Positions 43,315-53,791 of a stretch of DNA of 64,000 bases are shown here, one piece after another. Every line of letters starts with the position of its first letter. Position 1 is the first letter of the stretch. Source of the DNA: an uncultured Candidatus Binatia bacterium (lineage in GTDB: Bacteria; Desulfobacterota; Binatia; UBA9968; JAJDTQ01); the NCBI GenBank assembly GCA_964291295.2, contig OZ219754.1, forward strand, positions 608,001-672,000. Reading direction: 5' to 3'. Under the pieces are notes generated by a model. That model made no database searches, was not told the origin of the DNA, and worked only from the letters and a program-made list of their open reading frames with translations. The position numbers and the translations under genes are program-made.

Positions 43315-44391
43315 CTACAGCCCGTAGAACCGCCGCGGATTGTCGTCGACGATCCGGGCATGCATCGCATCACTGATGCCGCCGGTCTCCTTGAGCGACG
43401 TGAGGGCCTCCAACTCCGTGGAGGAATCGGCGTGTCCGTAGTCCGTGCCGATCATCAGCGCACCCTCGCCGGCCTGTCGCAGCAGGTAGGGCACATCGTC
43501 ACCGATCTGGCAGGTCACGAACAGGCTGTAGTCCCGCAGCAGGTCTTCCGGCAGCTTGTGGTCCACCGTGTCCAGCCGGCGGCGCAATTCGTAGACCACC
43601 CAGGGGATCCACGATGCCGCGGTCTCGATGAAGCCGAACCGGAGCCCGGGAAAGGTCCGGGGCACCCCGGAACTCACCAACCGAAAGAAGGCGCCGACGT
43701 TGAAAATACGGTACTGGTTGAAGAACTCGCGGGTGCCGTCGGGATTCGCCATCATGTCCACGAGGTCGGCATTGCCGTTGGACTGGTGCAGGCCGATGCA
43801 CATGTCCCGCTTCGAAGCCTCCTCGTAGATCGGGAAGAAGTACGGATCATCGACGCTGCGGCGGCCCTCCATGGGCCGCATGAAGATGCCGCAGGCGCCG
43901 TTCTCCCGGGCGAAGCGCAACTGGTCCAATGCGTCCGGCAGGCTGAGGAAAGGCAGCACGCACATCCAGCGCAGCCGCCCCCGGCCCTCCTTCCAGATGT
44001 CCGCGAGCCAGCGGTTGTAGGCACCGCAAAGAGCCACATCCACTTCCGGACGCTCGGTGCACGGGTCCAGGAAGATGCTCGTATAGAGCACCTGCACGTC
44101 GATGCCCAATTCATCCATGTGCGCCAGCCGCGCCCCCACATTGGCCACGTCGCGGGTTTCCCCGGAGGTCGTCATCTGCCGGCCGACCTGCCGCGACCGC
44201 TTCACCAGCGCCTCCTCCGTGAACGTGAACCGGAACAGGCCCCGGATCTGCCCGTCGATGACCCAGTTCTGCCGCTGCGTCCCGTCGTCGGGGTCGAAAA
44301 GGGCCGGCCGGTACTTCCGCTCCGAGGGCGCAAGATAGTCCCACGTGCGCGGGCTCTCGACAACATGCGCGTCAGCGTCTACCCATCCCAC
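43315..44391 (-). CDS. Amidohydrolase_2 family metalloenzyme
   Basis: AAGGAGG SD before GTG; VDADAHVVE, MDELGIDVQVLY, FIE, GTDYGH.D, NPRRFYGL. Confidence 0.9.
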   Translation of the reverse strand: MGWVDADAHVVESPRTWDYLAPSERKYRPALFDPDDGTQRQNWVIDGQIRGLFRFTFTEEALVKRSRQVGRQMTTSGETRDVANVGARLAHMDELGIDVQVLYTSIFLDPCTERPEVDVALCGAYNRWLADIWKEGRGRLRWMCVLPFLSLPDALDQLRFARENGACGIFMRPMEGRRSVDDPYFFPIYEEASKRDMCIGLHQSNGNADLVDMMANPDGTREFFNQYRIFNVGAFFRLVSSGVPRTFPGLRFGFIETAASWIPWVVYELRRRLDTVDHKLPEDLLRDYSLFVTCQIGDDVPYLLRQAGEGALMIGTDYGHADSSTELEALTSLKETGGISDAMHARIVDDNPRRFYGL

Positions 44392-45028
44392 TGGATACCC
44401 TCCTTCCATGCTTCCGTGGAGTGCCCTGGAACACGCACCCGAGATTATCCGGGTCGAAACCGGACCGTCAACCGGATTCGGCCTGCTCGGCCGGCTCTTG
44501 CCGGCGGTTGGCCGGCGCCAGATGACGGTGGCTGAGGACCGCCCGGGGACCGAAAACCGTCCGGGAACCACCCGAGGATCGCTTTCACGAACCGCGCCCA
44601 GCGCCCGGTCCCTGGCCCGGTTCCTGCCCTCGTCCCTGGCCTCGTCCTCGTCTTCATCCCTATCCTTATTCCTCTTGGCGCATCGTCAGGCCCCCGGCGC
44701 GGGATTCCCGCGTTGACCTCCCGACCGAATCCTGACATGCAGGAACACACCCGCCCATGACAGGCGTCGTGGACCCGGATACGGCCATTGCCACGGATGA
44801 CACCCGTGGCCGCGCATGCAGGGACTTTCCGGTCCGGCTTTCCGGTCGGGGGCAGTCCTCGGTCGGGGGGAATCTTCGCTCCGGGAGCAGTCTTCGCTTC
44901 CTGGAATTATCCGGTCCGGGGATTTCTTCGATCCGGAACCATGAACCCGACACGACTCCCGGCCCTTGAGACCCGCATGCCGGCGAAATCGGTGGCGTGA
45001 AATGGGTGGCGTAATTGGGCGAGGAGAT

Positions 45029-45099
45029 GCATTGAAACAAGGTCCGGCGCATTGAAGCAAGGTCCGGCGCATTGAAGCAAGGCAAGATGCATTGAAACA
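45029..45099. repeat. 20-bp-period tandem array with four GCATTGAARCA cores
   Basis: GCATTGAAACAAGGTCCGGC / GCATTGAAGCAAGGTCCGGC / GCATTGAAGCAAGGCAAGAT / GCATTGAAACA. Confidence 0.9.
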
Positions 45100-45191
45100 G
45101 AGTGTGGCGCGTGCATGGAGGGCAGCAATCCTGGCGTGGCCAGCCGCCACCCGCTGCGCCCAGTCGTGCGATGCGTTCATGGAGGACAGCA

Positions 45192-46652
45192 ATGAGCAGC
45201 AAGGACATCGCTTTCGTCGACACGACCCTGCGTGACGGGCACCAGAGCCTGTGGGCGGAGAACATGACCACGGGCATGATGCTGCCGGTGGCCGAGCAGA
45301 TGGACCGGGCCGGCTTCGAGGCCATGGAACTGATCTCCGGCTCGCACCTCAAGAAGTGCGTGCGGGAGCTCAAGGAGGATCCTTGGGAGCGGGTCCGTCT
45401 GGTGGCCCGGCGCATCTCCGAGACGCCGCTCCGGGTCATCGCCGGCCGCGTCAACACGTTCGAGTTCAACCCGCTGTGCATGTACCGCCTGTTCATGGAG
45501 CGCATGGCCGCCAACGGCATCCGGGAGGCGCGCATCTCCGAGGAATGGAACGATGCCGCCGGGTGGAAGCGCAAGGTGGAGGTGTCGCGGGAGGTGGGCA
45601 TCAAGCCCATCATCAACATGATCTACTCGGTATCGCCCAAGCACACCGATGCGTACTTTGCCCGGAAGACCCGCGAGGCCGCCGCCCTCGACGTACCGAT
45701 CATCTGCCTGAAGGACCCCGGCGGCCTGCTGACGCCGGAGCGCATGCGAACGCTGGTGCCGGTGATGTTCGAGAACTGCAACGGCATCCCCATCGAACTC
45801 CACACCCACTGCACCACCGGTCTGGGGCCGCTGTGTTGCCTGGAAGCCATGGACCTGGGGATCCGGAGCGTCAATACCGCGGTGCCTCCGCTGGCCGACA
45901 GCTCCTCCAATCCCTCGGTCTTCAACGTCGCGCGCAACGCCCGGGCGTTGGGCTACAACCCGCTCGTGGACGAGTCCGTGCTGGAGCCCGTCTCCGAGCA
46001 TTTCATGACCATCGCCAGGCGCGAGGGATTTCCCATCGGCCGGCCCGTGGAATACGACTACGCCCAGTACCAGCACCAGGTGCCGGGCGGCATGCGGTCC
46101 AACCTCCAGCACCAGCTCGACAAGGTGCGGCTGGGAGACCGGTTCCCGCAGGCCCTCGAAGAATCCATCCGGGTGCGCGCCGAGTTCGGCTATCCCATCA
46201 TGGTGACGCCGCTGTCCCAGTTCGTGGGCAGCCAGGCGGCGCTGAACGTGATCGTGGGGGACCGCTACCGGGAGGTCACCGACCAGGTGATCCGCTATGC
46301 CCTGGGGCGGGCCGGAGAGGAAGGCGGGCGGCTCATGGATCCCGATGTCAAGGACAAGATCCTCGACCGGCCCCGGGCCAGGGAAATCGCCGCACAGGAA
46401 CCCGAGGAGACGCCCCTCTCCGAAATGCGCGCCAAGCTCGGCGGCGACGGCGTGTCCGACGAAGAATTGCTGCTGCGCTGGCTTCTGAGCGAAGCCGAGA
46501 TCACCGAGATGCGCGCGGCCGCACCGCCCCGGGCCTACGCCAGCACCACCCGGCCGGTGGTGGCGCTGGTGGAGCAACTCACGCGGAGAGCCGACCTGGG
46601 CCACGTCCGCGTGGCCACGGGCGAGGTTTCCGTAACGCTGGACAGACGGTGA
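45192..46652 (+). CDS. Pyruvate carboxylase B / oxaloacetate decarboxylase alpha-like carboxyltransferase without a biotinyl domain
   Basis: GGAGG SD; DTTLRDGHQSL, EDPWER, LKDPGGLL, HTHCTTG, HQVPGGM.SN, GYPIMVTP.SQ; no AMKM motif. Confidence 0.88.
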   Translation: MSSKDIAFVDTTLRDGHQSLWAENMTTGMMLPVAEQMDRAGFEAMELISGSHLKKCVRELKEDPWERVRLVARRISETPLRVIAGRVNTFEFNPLCMYRLFMERMAANGIREARISEEWNDAAGWKRKVEVSREVGIKPIINMIYSVSPKHTDAYFARKTREAAALDVPIICLKDPGGLLTPERMRTLVPVMFENCNGIPIELHTHCTTGLGPLCCLEAMDLGIRSVNTAVPPLADSSSNPSVFNVARNARALGYNPLVDESVLEPVSEHFMTIARREGFPIGRPVEYDYAQYQHQVPGGMRSNLQHQLDKVRLGDRFPQALEESIRVRAEFGYPIMVTPLSQFVGSQAALNVIVGDRYREVTDQVIRYALGRAGEEGGRLMDPDVKDKILDRPRAREIAAQEPEETPLSEMRAKLGGDGVSDEELLLRWLLSEAEITEMRAAAPPRAYASTTRPVVALVEQLTRRADLGHVRVATGEVSVTLDRR

Positions 46653-46857
46653 ACCGGAACGGGCAGGAGGTGGCGGAGGAGTAGGGGAGTAGACAAGCAG
46701 GAGTAGACAAGTCGTAGAGAACAGGAGAATGGGAGAGACAGGCTGAGCGTCCCGACTGCCGGGGGGACGGCGGCCACTGGGGCGCTGGCAACTGTTCGGG
46801 CGTCGCCGGCGACATGCCAAGGGCCGGTTGCCATGACCGCACGACGAGGAGGCCGTC

Positions 46858-48486
46858 ATCGCCACCCATAAACTCACCGCATTGCCGGCGTGGCAGGATC
46901 TCGCCGGCCACTACCGCAAGATCAGGGACGTGCACCTCCGCACGCTGTTCGCCCAGGACCATACCCGCGGCGAACGGTTCGCCGTCGAGGGGGCCGGGCT
47001 CTATCTCGACTACTCCAAGAACCGTATCACCGGCGAAACCCTGAGCCTGCTGCTGGAACTGGCCCGGGCCACCGGCCTGAAGGAACGCATCGACGCCATG
47101 TTCGGCGGCGACCGGATCAACGTCACCGAGGGGAGGCCGGTGCTGCATGTGGCGCTGCGGGCACCCCGCGGCCAGCGCATCCTGGTGGACGGAGAGGACG
47201 TGGTCGCCGGCGTGCACGCGGTGCTCGACCGAATGGCATCGTTCGCGGACCGGGTCCGCTCCGGCGAGTGGAAAGGATACACCGGGAAACGCATCCGCAA
47301 CGTGGTCAATATCGGCATCGGCGGCTCCGACCTGGGACCGGTGATGGCCTGCGAGGCGCTCCGGCACTACAGCCAGCGGTCCCTCAACCTGGGCTTCGTC
47401 TCCAACGTCGACGCCACCGACTTCGCCGAGACCACCCGAGGCCTGGACCCCGCGGAAACCCTGTTCATCGTCAGCTCCAAGACCTTCACCACCCTGGAGA
47501 CCTTGAAGAACGCCCACACGGCCCGTGAGTGGTGCCTCGGCGCACTCGAGGACGAGGCTGCCGTGGCCAGCCATTTCGTCGCCGTGTCCACCAACCACGA
47601 GGAGGTGCGGCGTTTCGGCATCGACACCGACAACATGTTCGGCTTCTGGGACTGGGTCGGCGGCCGCTATTCCTTCGACTCCGCCATCGGCCTGTCGTTG
47701 ATGATCGGCGTCGGGCCGGCCAACTTCCGGGCCATGCTCGACGGCCTCCACGCCATGGACACGCACTTTCGCAGCGCCCCCTTCAAGGAAAACCTGCCCG
47801 TCCTGCTGGGCCTCCTGGGCATCTGGTACAACAACTTTTTCGGCGGCGAGACCCACTCCATCCTGCCCTACGACCAGTACCTGTGGCGCCTGAGCGCCTA
47901 CTGCCAGCAACTCGACATGGAGAGCAACGGCAAACATGTAAACCTGGACGGCGAGGCCGTGGACTACCAGACCGGCCCGATCATCTGGGGACAGCCCGGC
48001 ACCAACGGCCAGCACGCCTACTACCAGTTGATCCACCAGGGCACCCGGCTCATCCCGTGCGACTTCATCGGCTTCTGCCAATCCCTCAATCCCCTCGGCA
48101 ACCACCACGACCTGCTGATGGCCAACCTCTTCGCCCAGACCGAAGCACTAGCCTTCGGCAAGACCGCAGAGGAAGCCGCCGCCGAAGGCATGCCGGCACA
48201 CCAGGTGCCGCACCGGACCTTCGAGGGCAACCGCCCCACCAACACGATCCTGGCCCAGCGCCTGACCCCCGAAACACTCGGCAAGATCATCGGCCTCTAC
48301 GAACACAAGGTCTTCGTCCAGGGCTCCATCTGGGGCATCAACTCCTTCGACCAATGGGGCGTCGAACTGGGCAAGGCCCTGGCCCAGCGCATCGTGCCGG
48401 AACTGGAAAGCACCGACGCACCGCCACTCCGCCACGACAGTTCCACCAATGCGTTGATCCGGCGCTACCGCCGGCTGCGGGGGTGA
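46858..48486 (+). CDS. pgi: Glucose-6-phosphate isomerase (start ATC 46858 or TTG 46882)
   Basis: [57 protein letters not shown]. Confidence 0.95.
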   Translation: MATHKLTALPAWQDLAGHYRKIRDVHLRTLFAQDHTRGERFAVEGAGLYLDYSKNRITGETLSLLLELARATGLKERIDAMFGGDRINVTEGRPVLHVALRAPRGQRILVDGEDVVAGVHAVLDRMASFADRVRSGEWKGYTGKRIRNVVNIGIGGSDLGPVMACEALRHYSQRSLNLGFVSNVDATDFAETTRGLDPAETLFIVSSKTFTTLETLKNAHTAREWCLGALEDEAAVASHFVAVSTNHEEVRRFGIDTDNMFGFWDWVGGRYSFDSAIGLSLMIGVGPANFRAMLDGLHAMDTHFRSAPFKENLPVLLGLLGIWYNNFFGGETHSILPYDQYLWRLSAYCQQLDMESNGKHVNLDGEAVDYQTGPIIWGQPGTNGQHAYYQLIHQGTRLIPCDFIGFCQSLNPLGNHHDLLMANLFAQTEALAFGKTAEEAAAEGMPAHQVPHRTFEGNRPTNTILAQRLTPETLGKIIGLYEHKVFVQGSIWGINSFDQWGVELGKALAQRIVPELESTDAPPLRHDSSTNALIRRYRRLRG

Positions 48487-48873
48487 ACGGAGGGGGCGGC
48501 TGAGCAGAGAGGGGTGAACAAAGAGGGAGGTGGAGTTGGAGCGGCGGGGTGGGGTGAGTGCGGACGCCCGGGCAAAGGTTGGTGAAGAGATGGCTTTGAA
48601 GGGGATCAGTTGTATAAACTGGCAAGAGATTGCGAATGGAGAAGCATGGGGGAGTTGGCGGCGTGTTGAGTCAGTCACGGACCTGCGGACTTTTGGCATG
48701 GGAGGCGATGCTGCTCACACGAATCGTCAGCCAACGAGCTGCCGTGCTGTCCGGGCTGCCGCTGCAACGTTTTCAAAACTCCTTCATTCATCCGTGCCCA
48801 ACCCGTCCATCAGAGCCCCGGAACCCTTTGCCCAACGCCCCAACTCCTGCAGCGCACACTCCTTGAGATTCTG

Positions 48874-51460
48874 ATGGATAGTGTTCCCAACATCGATGGG
48901 AGCCTCGAACTGATCGGCGAATTCCGCCGGCGCTTTCCGCTCTTTGACCGCGTCATCGGCCGGTTCGGCGAGGACGCGCCGAGCGAGCGCATACCGTGGT
49001 TTTTCGGTTTCATCCTTGCAGCCGCCGCCACGCCGGGCGCAGGAGCATGCTGCATCGTCCTCGACAAGACCCCGGGCACCACGGCCATCGCGGCGATTCT
49101 GGCAGGTCTCATGCGGCTCCAACGCGATTTTTCCAGCCTTGTCGAACGGTATGCTCGCACCGGGATGGAGCGCGGACAGCGTGTCAAAGTCAGACCCACG
49201 GACTTCGTGTACGAGTACGATGGCGTCTGGGAGGAGTATCCGGATTTCTTCAAACTGAAACTGCTCGGCGAGGATGCTTGGCGGAGTATTCCGCTCGCTG
49301 ACGTGCTCAGACTGGAACCAACGGATCGCTTTCGGCCAAAGGGAACGGGCGCATCCGATCTCTTTGCTTCCAAGCGCAGCCACCTCGATCGTCTGCTCGA
49401 TCTCACGACCTGCGGAAACAACAGCCTTATCCAGAATACCGTGCTTGTACAGATGCCACGCGCCCACCTTGCGAGAATCGCCGACGCCACCGTACTCGCG
49501 CCAATGCATGCCAAGAAGTTTGCCCGTCTGTCCTGCTTCCTGCCTTGGGGCTTCATCGGACACGACGGTACTCTGAAGCCGAAAGATCCCTTGCAGGTCG
49601 TCGGGGAACCGCTCATTGCCGCGACAAGCGTACCCGAGGACTTGGCACTGGCTTCTTCGTCGGCGATCGCTGGCACGAGAATCGTACTCGCCGACGGAGC
49701 TCGCCGACTGGCACAAAACCTCCAGGCATTCGACGACATCGTCGACCGACAGCGGCTGGTCATCCTTGCATCGCCTGCAGAAAGCGAGGACTTCGAAATC
49801 CTCAGGGATCGCGGCTGCCCCGTATGGCGCATGTCAGCGGACGAAGTGCTGATAGGCGAGGCTCCCGCTGCCAAGCGAACACGCGCAAGCCTCGTCGGTG
49901 CCACACTACGGGCGGCCGAAATGCGACGCCACTGCAGCGTCGATACGATCGCCTGCAATGACGATGTCCTTCAGGCGGCAGCCGAGTCCCTGGAGCGAGT
50001 CGCGGAAATGACCGCAGACCGAGAGGAAGCGGTTGAGGTCACGGAAGCAGTGGGGCGGCTCTTCAGGATTTCTTCGATTTCAGTGAATGCTGTTTCGGCG
50101 TCGGAAAAGGTACCATCGATGATTTGCGAGCCGCCCGGGAACAGATGGCATCGCACTGGAGATGGCTGGAGCCTGGAGTTGCCGAAGAACTCCAACATGC
50201 CTTGAACGCCTTGGAACGTGCGGTCACCACAGGGTCCGGTGGCCAAAAGGCAACTGCGTTCCTGGACATCCTTTCCAACCACAATGGACAATGGGCTGTG
50301 GCGGCGAGAACGCCCCGGACCGCGGAACAGCTTCGGGATGGCCTGGACGCCCAGGGTTGCCGACCTCCGGTTCTGCCCATCTCAGTTGTCCGTCCGGAGC
50401 AAGAGTTTGACGGCATCATCGTACCGGCTTGGCCCAACGATCAAAGATTTACTCGCCTGAGACAGCTGTCGGTGACCCCGGACATCCGCATCCTCGCGTA
50501 CCCCTTTGAGAGAAAATGGATCTTGTGCCACCAAGTCCGTGAACGCTCACGCGCCCGGTCAATCCGGCTGGAAACCGGGGCACTGTCTACCATTCTCGGA
50601 ATTGAACCGCGGTTTCTCAACCCTTTGAACAGTGCCGGGAACAATGTTGATGATCCACCCGGGAAGGAAATTCCGCTCGACCTTCCGGTCTTCAGACTGG
50701 AGGAGCGTATCCTCCGCCGACAAATGACGCATCCGCCCCTTGCGTCGAGTGGCGAAGACAGCCGCCAAGCACAGCATGTCCGGTTCGTCGGCGGTTGCCA
50801 TTCCCTTCTGACGGAGTGGTCAGGACTGCCAGTGCTGAATGACCTTATCGACACCAGCAAGGGTGACAATGCCAAGCTCACCTACGCAAGGGCATCACAT
50901 CTGTCAAATGGCGACTTCGTGCTTTTCAGGGCCAGCGGAGACAAGGAATTCTTGCGACTGATTGCAGAAGAAAGCCTCGGAGCGCAGGAATATCAGCGTA
51001 TCCGCGACGTCGCCGACCGCTGGAAGGTACCACTGCGCCGCCTTGGCCATGGTCCTGCAGCGATTCAACGATGGCTGGCGGACCATGGCCTTGAACGCAC
51101 ACCCTCAACTATTGCCGGATGGCTCGACAACCCAAACCGAATAGGACCCGGCAGCCATGACGACATCGAAACCATCGCGAAGGTGACCGGGGACACGGAA
51201 CTCCTTTCCATCAAGGACGAGGTGCGGGAGGCCATCTCCCGGATCCGCGGCGCGCATCAGACCGCTGAATGCAGCTGACTCGGCTCATTCTCGGCGAACT
51301 CCATGGCAGGCTCAATGATCTGGACGACCAGCCAACACTGCTCGATTTCCATTACGGTCAGGCTTGGGTAGTCCAAGTGGAGTCTGTTGAGACAATGCAG
51401 CGGGTGTATCCCGCCAACCAGGTCAATCGGCTTCTTTGGGTCGCCGACCGCGCATTCTGA
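48874..51460 (+). pseudogene. Large DrmE-like (DISARM-associated) protein split by two frameshifts
   Basis: Three overlapping ORFs (48874-50205, 50124-51278, 51269-51460) join by single-base changes near 50070 and 51266; C-terminal W..PL...G..RT..TI..W.....IGP...D...IA...GD..L.....AI..IR.AH pattern and position upstream of a drmA-like gene. Confidence 0.55.
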
Positions 51461-51473
51461 GGGAACATCACGG

Positions 51474-53237
51474 ATGGCGAAGATGATCCCGGCGAGGATC
51501 GACGACGACCGCGTCAGCGCCGGTGAACGCCGCGTTTTCGGATTGCTCGAGAATGATCCTGCAACGGCCGAGTGGACCGTACTCCACTCACTGGGAATTG
51601 CACGCAGACCGACCGGCCCGTACGGCGAGATCGATTTTGTCATCATCATCCCGGGCGAGGGTATCATCTGCCTTGAAATCAAAGGCGGACGCATATCCTG
51701 CGAGGCGGGCGTATGGCGGACAACGGACCGCCACGGGAGCCTCGCGACACTCAAGAAGAGCCCCTTCCTCCAGGCCCGCGACTCGATGTTCGCACTGCGC
51801 AACGCGATAGTCCGTCACTTTGGGGAAGCCGCTCCAGAGGCCCGGTGTCCAATCGGGTGCGCTGTCGTTTTCCCGGACGTGCCCTGTCCACCACTTACGC
51901 CGGAGTTCGAGCGTTCGGATGCCATCGACTCCGGTGACCTGCGGAAACCGATATCCAAATCCATCATGCGTGTCGCACACCGCAGGCTCCGCGAATTCCA
52001 GTCATCCCACGGCGCCCCCTTGCTGACCGCTTCCGAGACAAGGGCCATAAGGAACTTCCTGCGGCCGGACTTCGAGTTGATCGTCGCGAAAGGCGTGTCG
52101 GTCGAACGCATCGAAGAGAAGTTGCTGCGCCTCACCGAAGAACAATACGCCAGACTGGACGAACTTGAGGCCAACCCTCGCTGCCTTTTCGAGGGGGCAG
52201 CCGGAACCGGCAAGACCCTGATTGCGTTGGAATACGCGCGCCGGGCAAACAGTAACGGATCGAAGGTGACCCTTCTCTGTTTCAATCGTCTGCTTGGAGA
52301 ATGGTTGCAGGAACAGACAAGAGGCACCCGGATCACGGCCGGAACGTGGCATGGGATCGTCAAGCAGCTTGTTCTGGAGAGCAGCTTCGCAAACGAATTT
52401 CAGGAGGAAGAGCGAAAGGCACTACATGACGGCCATGCCGGAATATTATTTACGGAAACGTACCCCTTCTTTGCTGAACTCGCCCTGGAGGAACTGGGAA
52501 CTTCGTTCGACGTTCTGGTGATGGACGAAGCCCAGGACCTTTCCAGCCAATACGCACTCGACATTCTCGACATTGCCCTGCTCGACGGGTTCGCTGGTGG
52601 CCGCTGGGCCATCTTCGGTGACTTCACGCACCAGGCGCTGTATGGCGGCACCGAAGATCCCGTTGCCGCTTTCTCCCGCCGCTGTGACCACTTCGTCCAA
52701 GCACGGTTGACGTTGAATTGCAGAAACACGCGACGGATCGCCGAGGAAACCGCGCTTGTGGCAGGCTTCGACGAGCCCCCATTCAGACTGGGTGACGAGA
52801 TCGGGCTTCCCGTGGAATACAGGTATTGGAAAAAGCCTGCCAACCTCGTGGACTCGCTGACGAACTTGGTGGAGCGACTGGTCAAAGAGCAGATCCCCAT
52901 CGGGGACGTGATCATCCTGTCGCCGCGCCGCCTGGAGAATTCAAGTCTTGCAGATGTAGAGCGTATCTCACGCTTTCCGCTTGTGGACATTTCTCGTGGC
53001 CCTGCCGACAAGCGGCACGCCCTCAAATTTTCAACCATTCATTCCTTCAAGGGCCTCGAAAGTCCAGTGGTCATCATCATAGACATCAATCAAGTTGATT
53101 CGGGCGAGCCCCAGTCGCTCCTCTACGTCGCGATGTCGCGTGCCAAGAGCCTCCTTATCCTCATGATCAGCGAGGCCGCCCGAATTTCGCTGGAGCGCCG
53201 GATCAGGACAAGGATGGAACAGGAGCTTCACCGATGA
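51474..53237 (+). CDS. NERD nuclease fused to an SF1 (UvrD-like) helicase/ATPase
   Basis: LHSL, GEIDF, CLEIKGG, SPF.QA; EGAAGTGKT, MDEAQD, FGD..Q, NCRNT, TIHSFKGLE, YVAMSRA. Confidence 0.9.
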   Translation: MAKMIPARIDDDRVSAGERRVFGLLENDPATAEWTVLHSLGIARRPTGPYGEIDFVIIIPGEGIICLEIKGGRISCEAGVWRTTDRHGSLATLKKSPFLQARDSMFALRNAIVRHFGEAAPEARCPIGCAVVFPDVPCPPLTPEFERSDAIDSGDLRKPISKSIMRVAHRRLREFQSSHGAPLLTASETRAIRNFLRPDFELIVAKGVSVERIEEKLLRLTEEQYARLDELEANPRCLFEGAAGTGKTLIALEYARRANSNGSKVTLLCFNRLLGEWLQEQTRGTRITAGTWHGIVKQLVLESSFANEFQEEERKALHDGHAGILFTETYPFFAELALEELGTSFDVLVMDEAQDLSSQYALDILDIALLDGFAGGRWAIFGDFTHQALYGGTEDPVAAFSRRCDHFVQARLTLNCRNTRRIAEETALVAGFDEPPFRLGDEIGLPVEYRYWKKPANLVDSLTNLVERLVKEQIPIGDVIILSPRRLENSSLADVERISRFPLVDISRGPADKRHALKFSTIHSFKGLESPVVIIIDINQVDSGEPQSLLYVAMSRAKSLLILMISEAARISLERRIRTRMEQELHR

Positions 53238-53392
53238 GCGAAACTCTCAAAGCCCGGGACTTCATCGTTGATTTCCTTCGCAAGAAACTCGTTGGCCCCT
53301 CTCCCGGTCACCCTGCTGTTCAGATCAATGGAGAGGAGATTCTCCGGCCGCAGGATCCGCCCAGACAGCGCTACGGCGCGGGCATTCTGCCG
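53234..53392 (+). pseudogene. N-terminal fragment of a DrmA-like DISARM helicase
   Basis: ATGA overlap with the NERD stop; R..IV..L...LVGP........EE......P.QRY.AGIL resembles DrmA starts; the sequence then switches to antisense vapC. Confidence 0.6.
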
Positions 53393-53781
53393 ATGCCCTC
53401 GAAGTCCCGGACATTGCGCGTTGCGATGGCCATACCGCGGGAGCGGGCGATCGCTGCAATCTGACAGTCCGCCGGTGCGATGGGCCGGCCCGCCGAGCGC
53501 CGCAGTCCTGCGATGTCCGCGTAGGCCAGCGCCGCCGCGCTGTCGAAAGGAAGGATGCGGTCTTCGAACGCCTCGTGCAGCATGCGCTCAATGTCCGCCA
53601 TCAAGGTTTCCCGACGCCGGCCGGCCGCCAGGATCACAGCGCCATAGCGCAATTCCGCCTCGCCGACAGCAGAGAAGAAGAGATCGTCCAGAGAGTGGTT
53701 GGCAGCCCAGCGTTCCACCGCCGGATGGGGGGACTTGCGGATCAACTCGGACACCACATTCGTGTCGACCAGTACGGCCAT
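53371..53781 (-). CDS. vapC: VapC/FitB PIN-domain toxin, C-terminally clipped
   Basis: LVDTNVVSE, AELRYG, ILPFD..AA, D.QIAAIA, ATRNVRDF; the usual terminal (V/I)NPW strand is replaced by RMPAP. Confidence 0.85.
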   Translation of the reverse strand: MAVLVDTNVVSELIRKSPHPAVERWAANHSLDDLFFSAVGEAELRYGAVILAAGRRRETLMADIERMLHEAFEDRILPFDSAAALAYADIAGLRRSAGRPIAPADCQIAAIARSRGMAIATRNVRDFEGIGRMPAP

Positions 53782-53791
53782 CGCATCGCGC

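Noticed and set aside
45029-45099. CRISPR array (ATTGAAAC/ATTGAAGC motifs)
   Set aside because: 20-bp period with no unique spacers and no cas genes; kept only as a tandem repeat.
48530-48873. Small ORFs, or a tRNA/att site, at the island's left border
   Set aside because: No recognisable motifs, no tRNA cloverleaf, no integrase and no flanking direct repeat seen.
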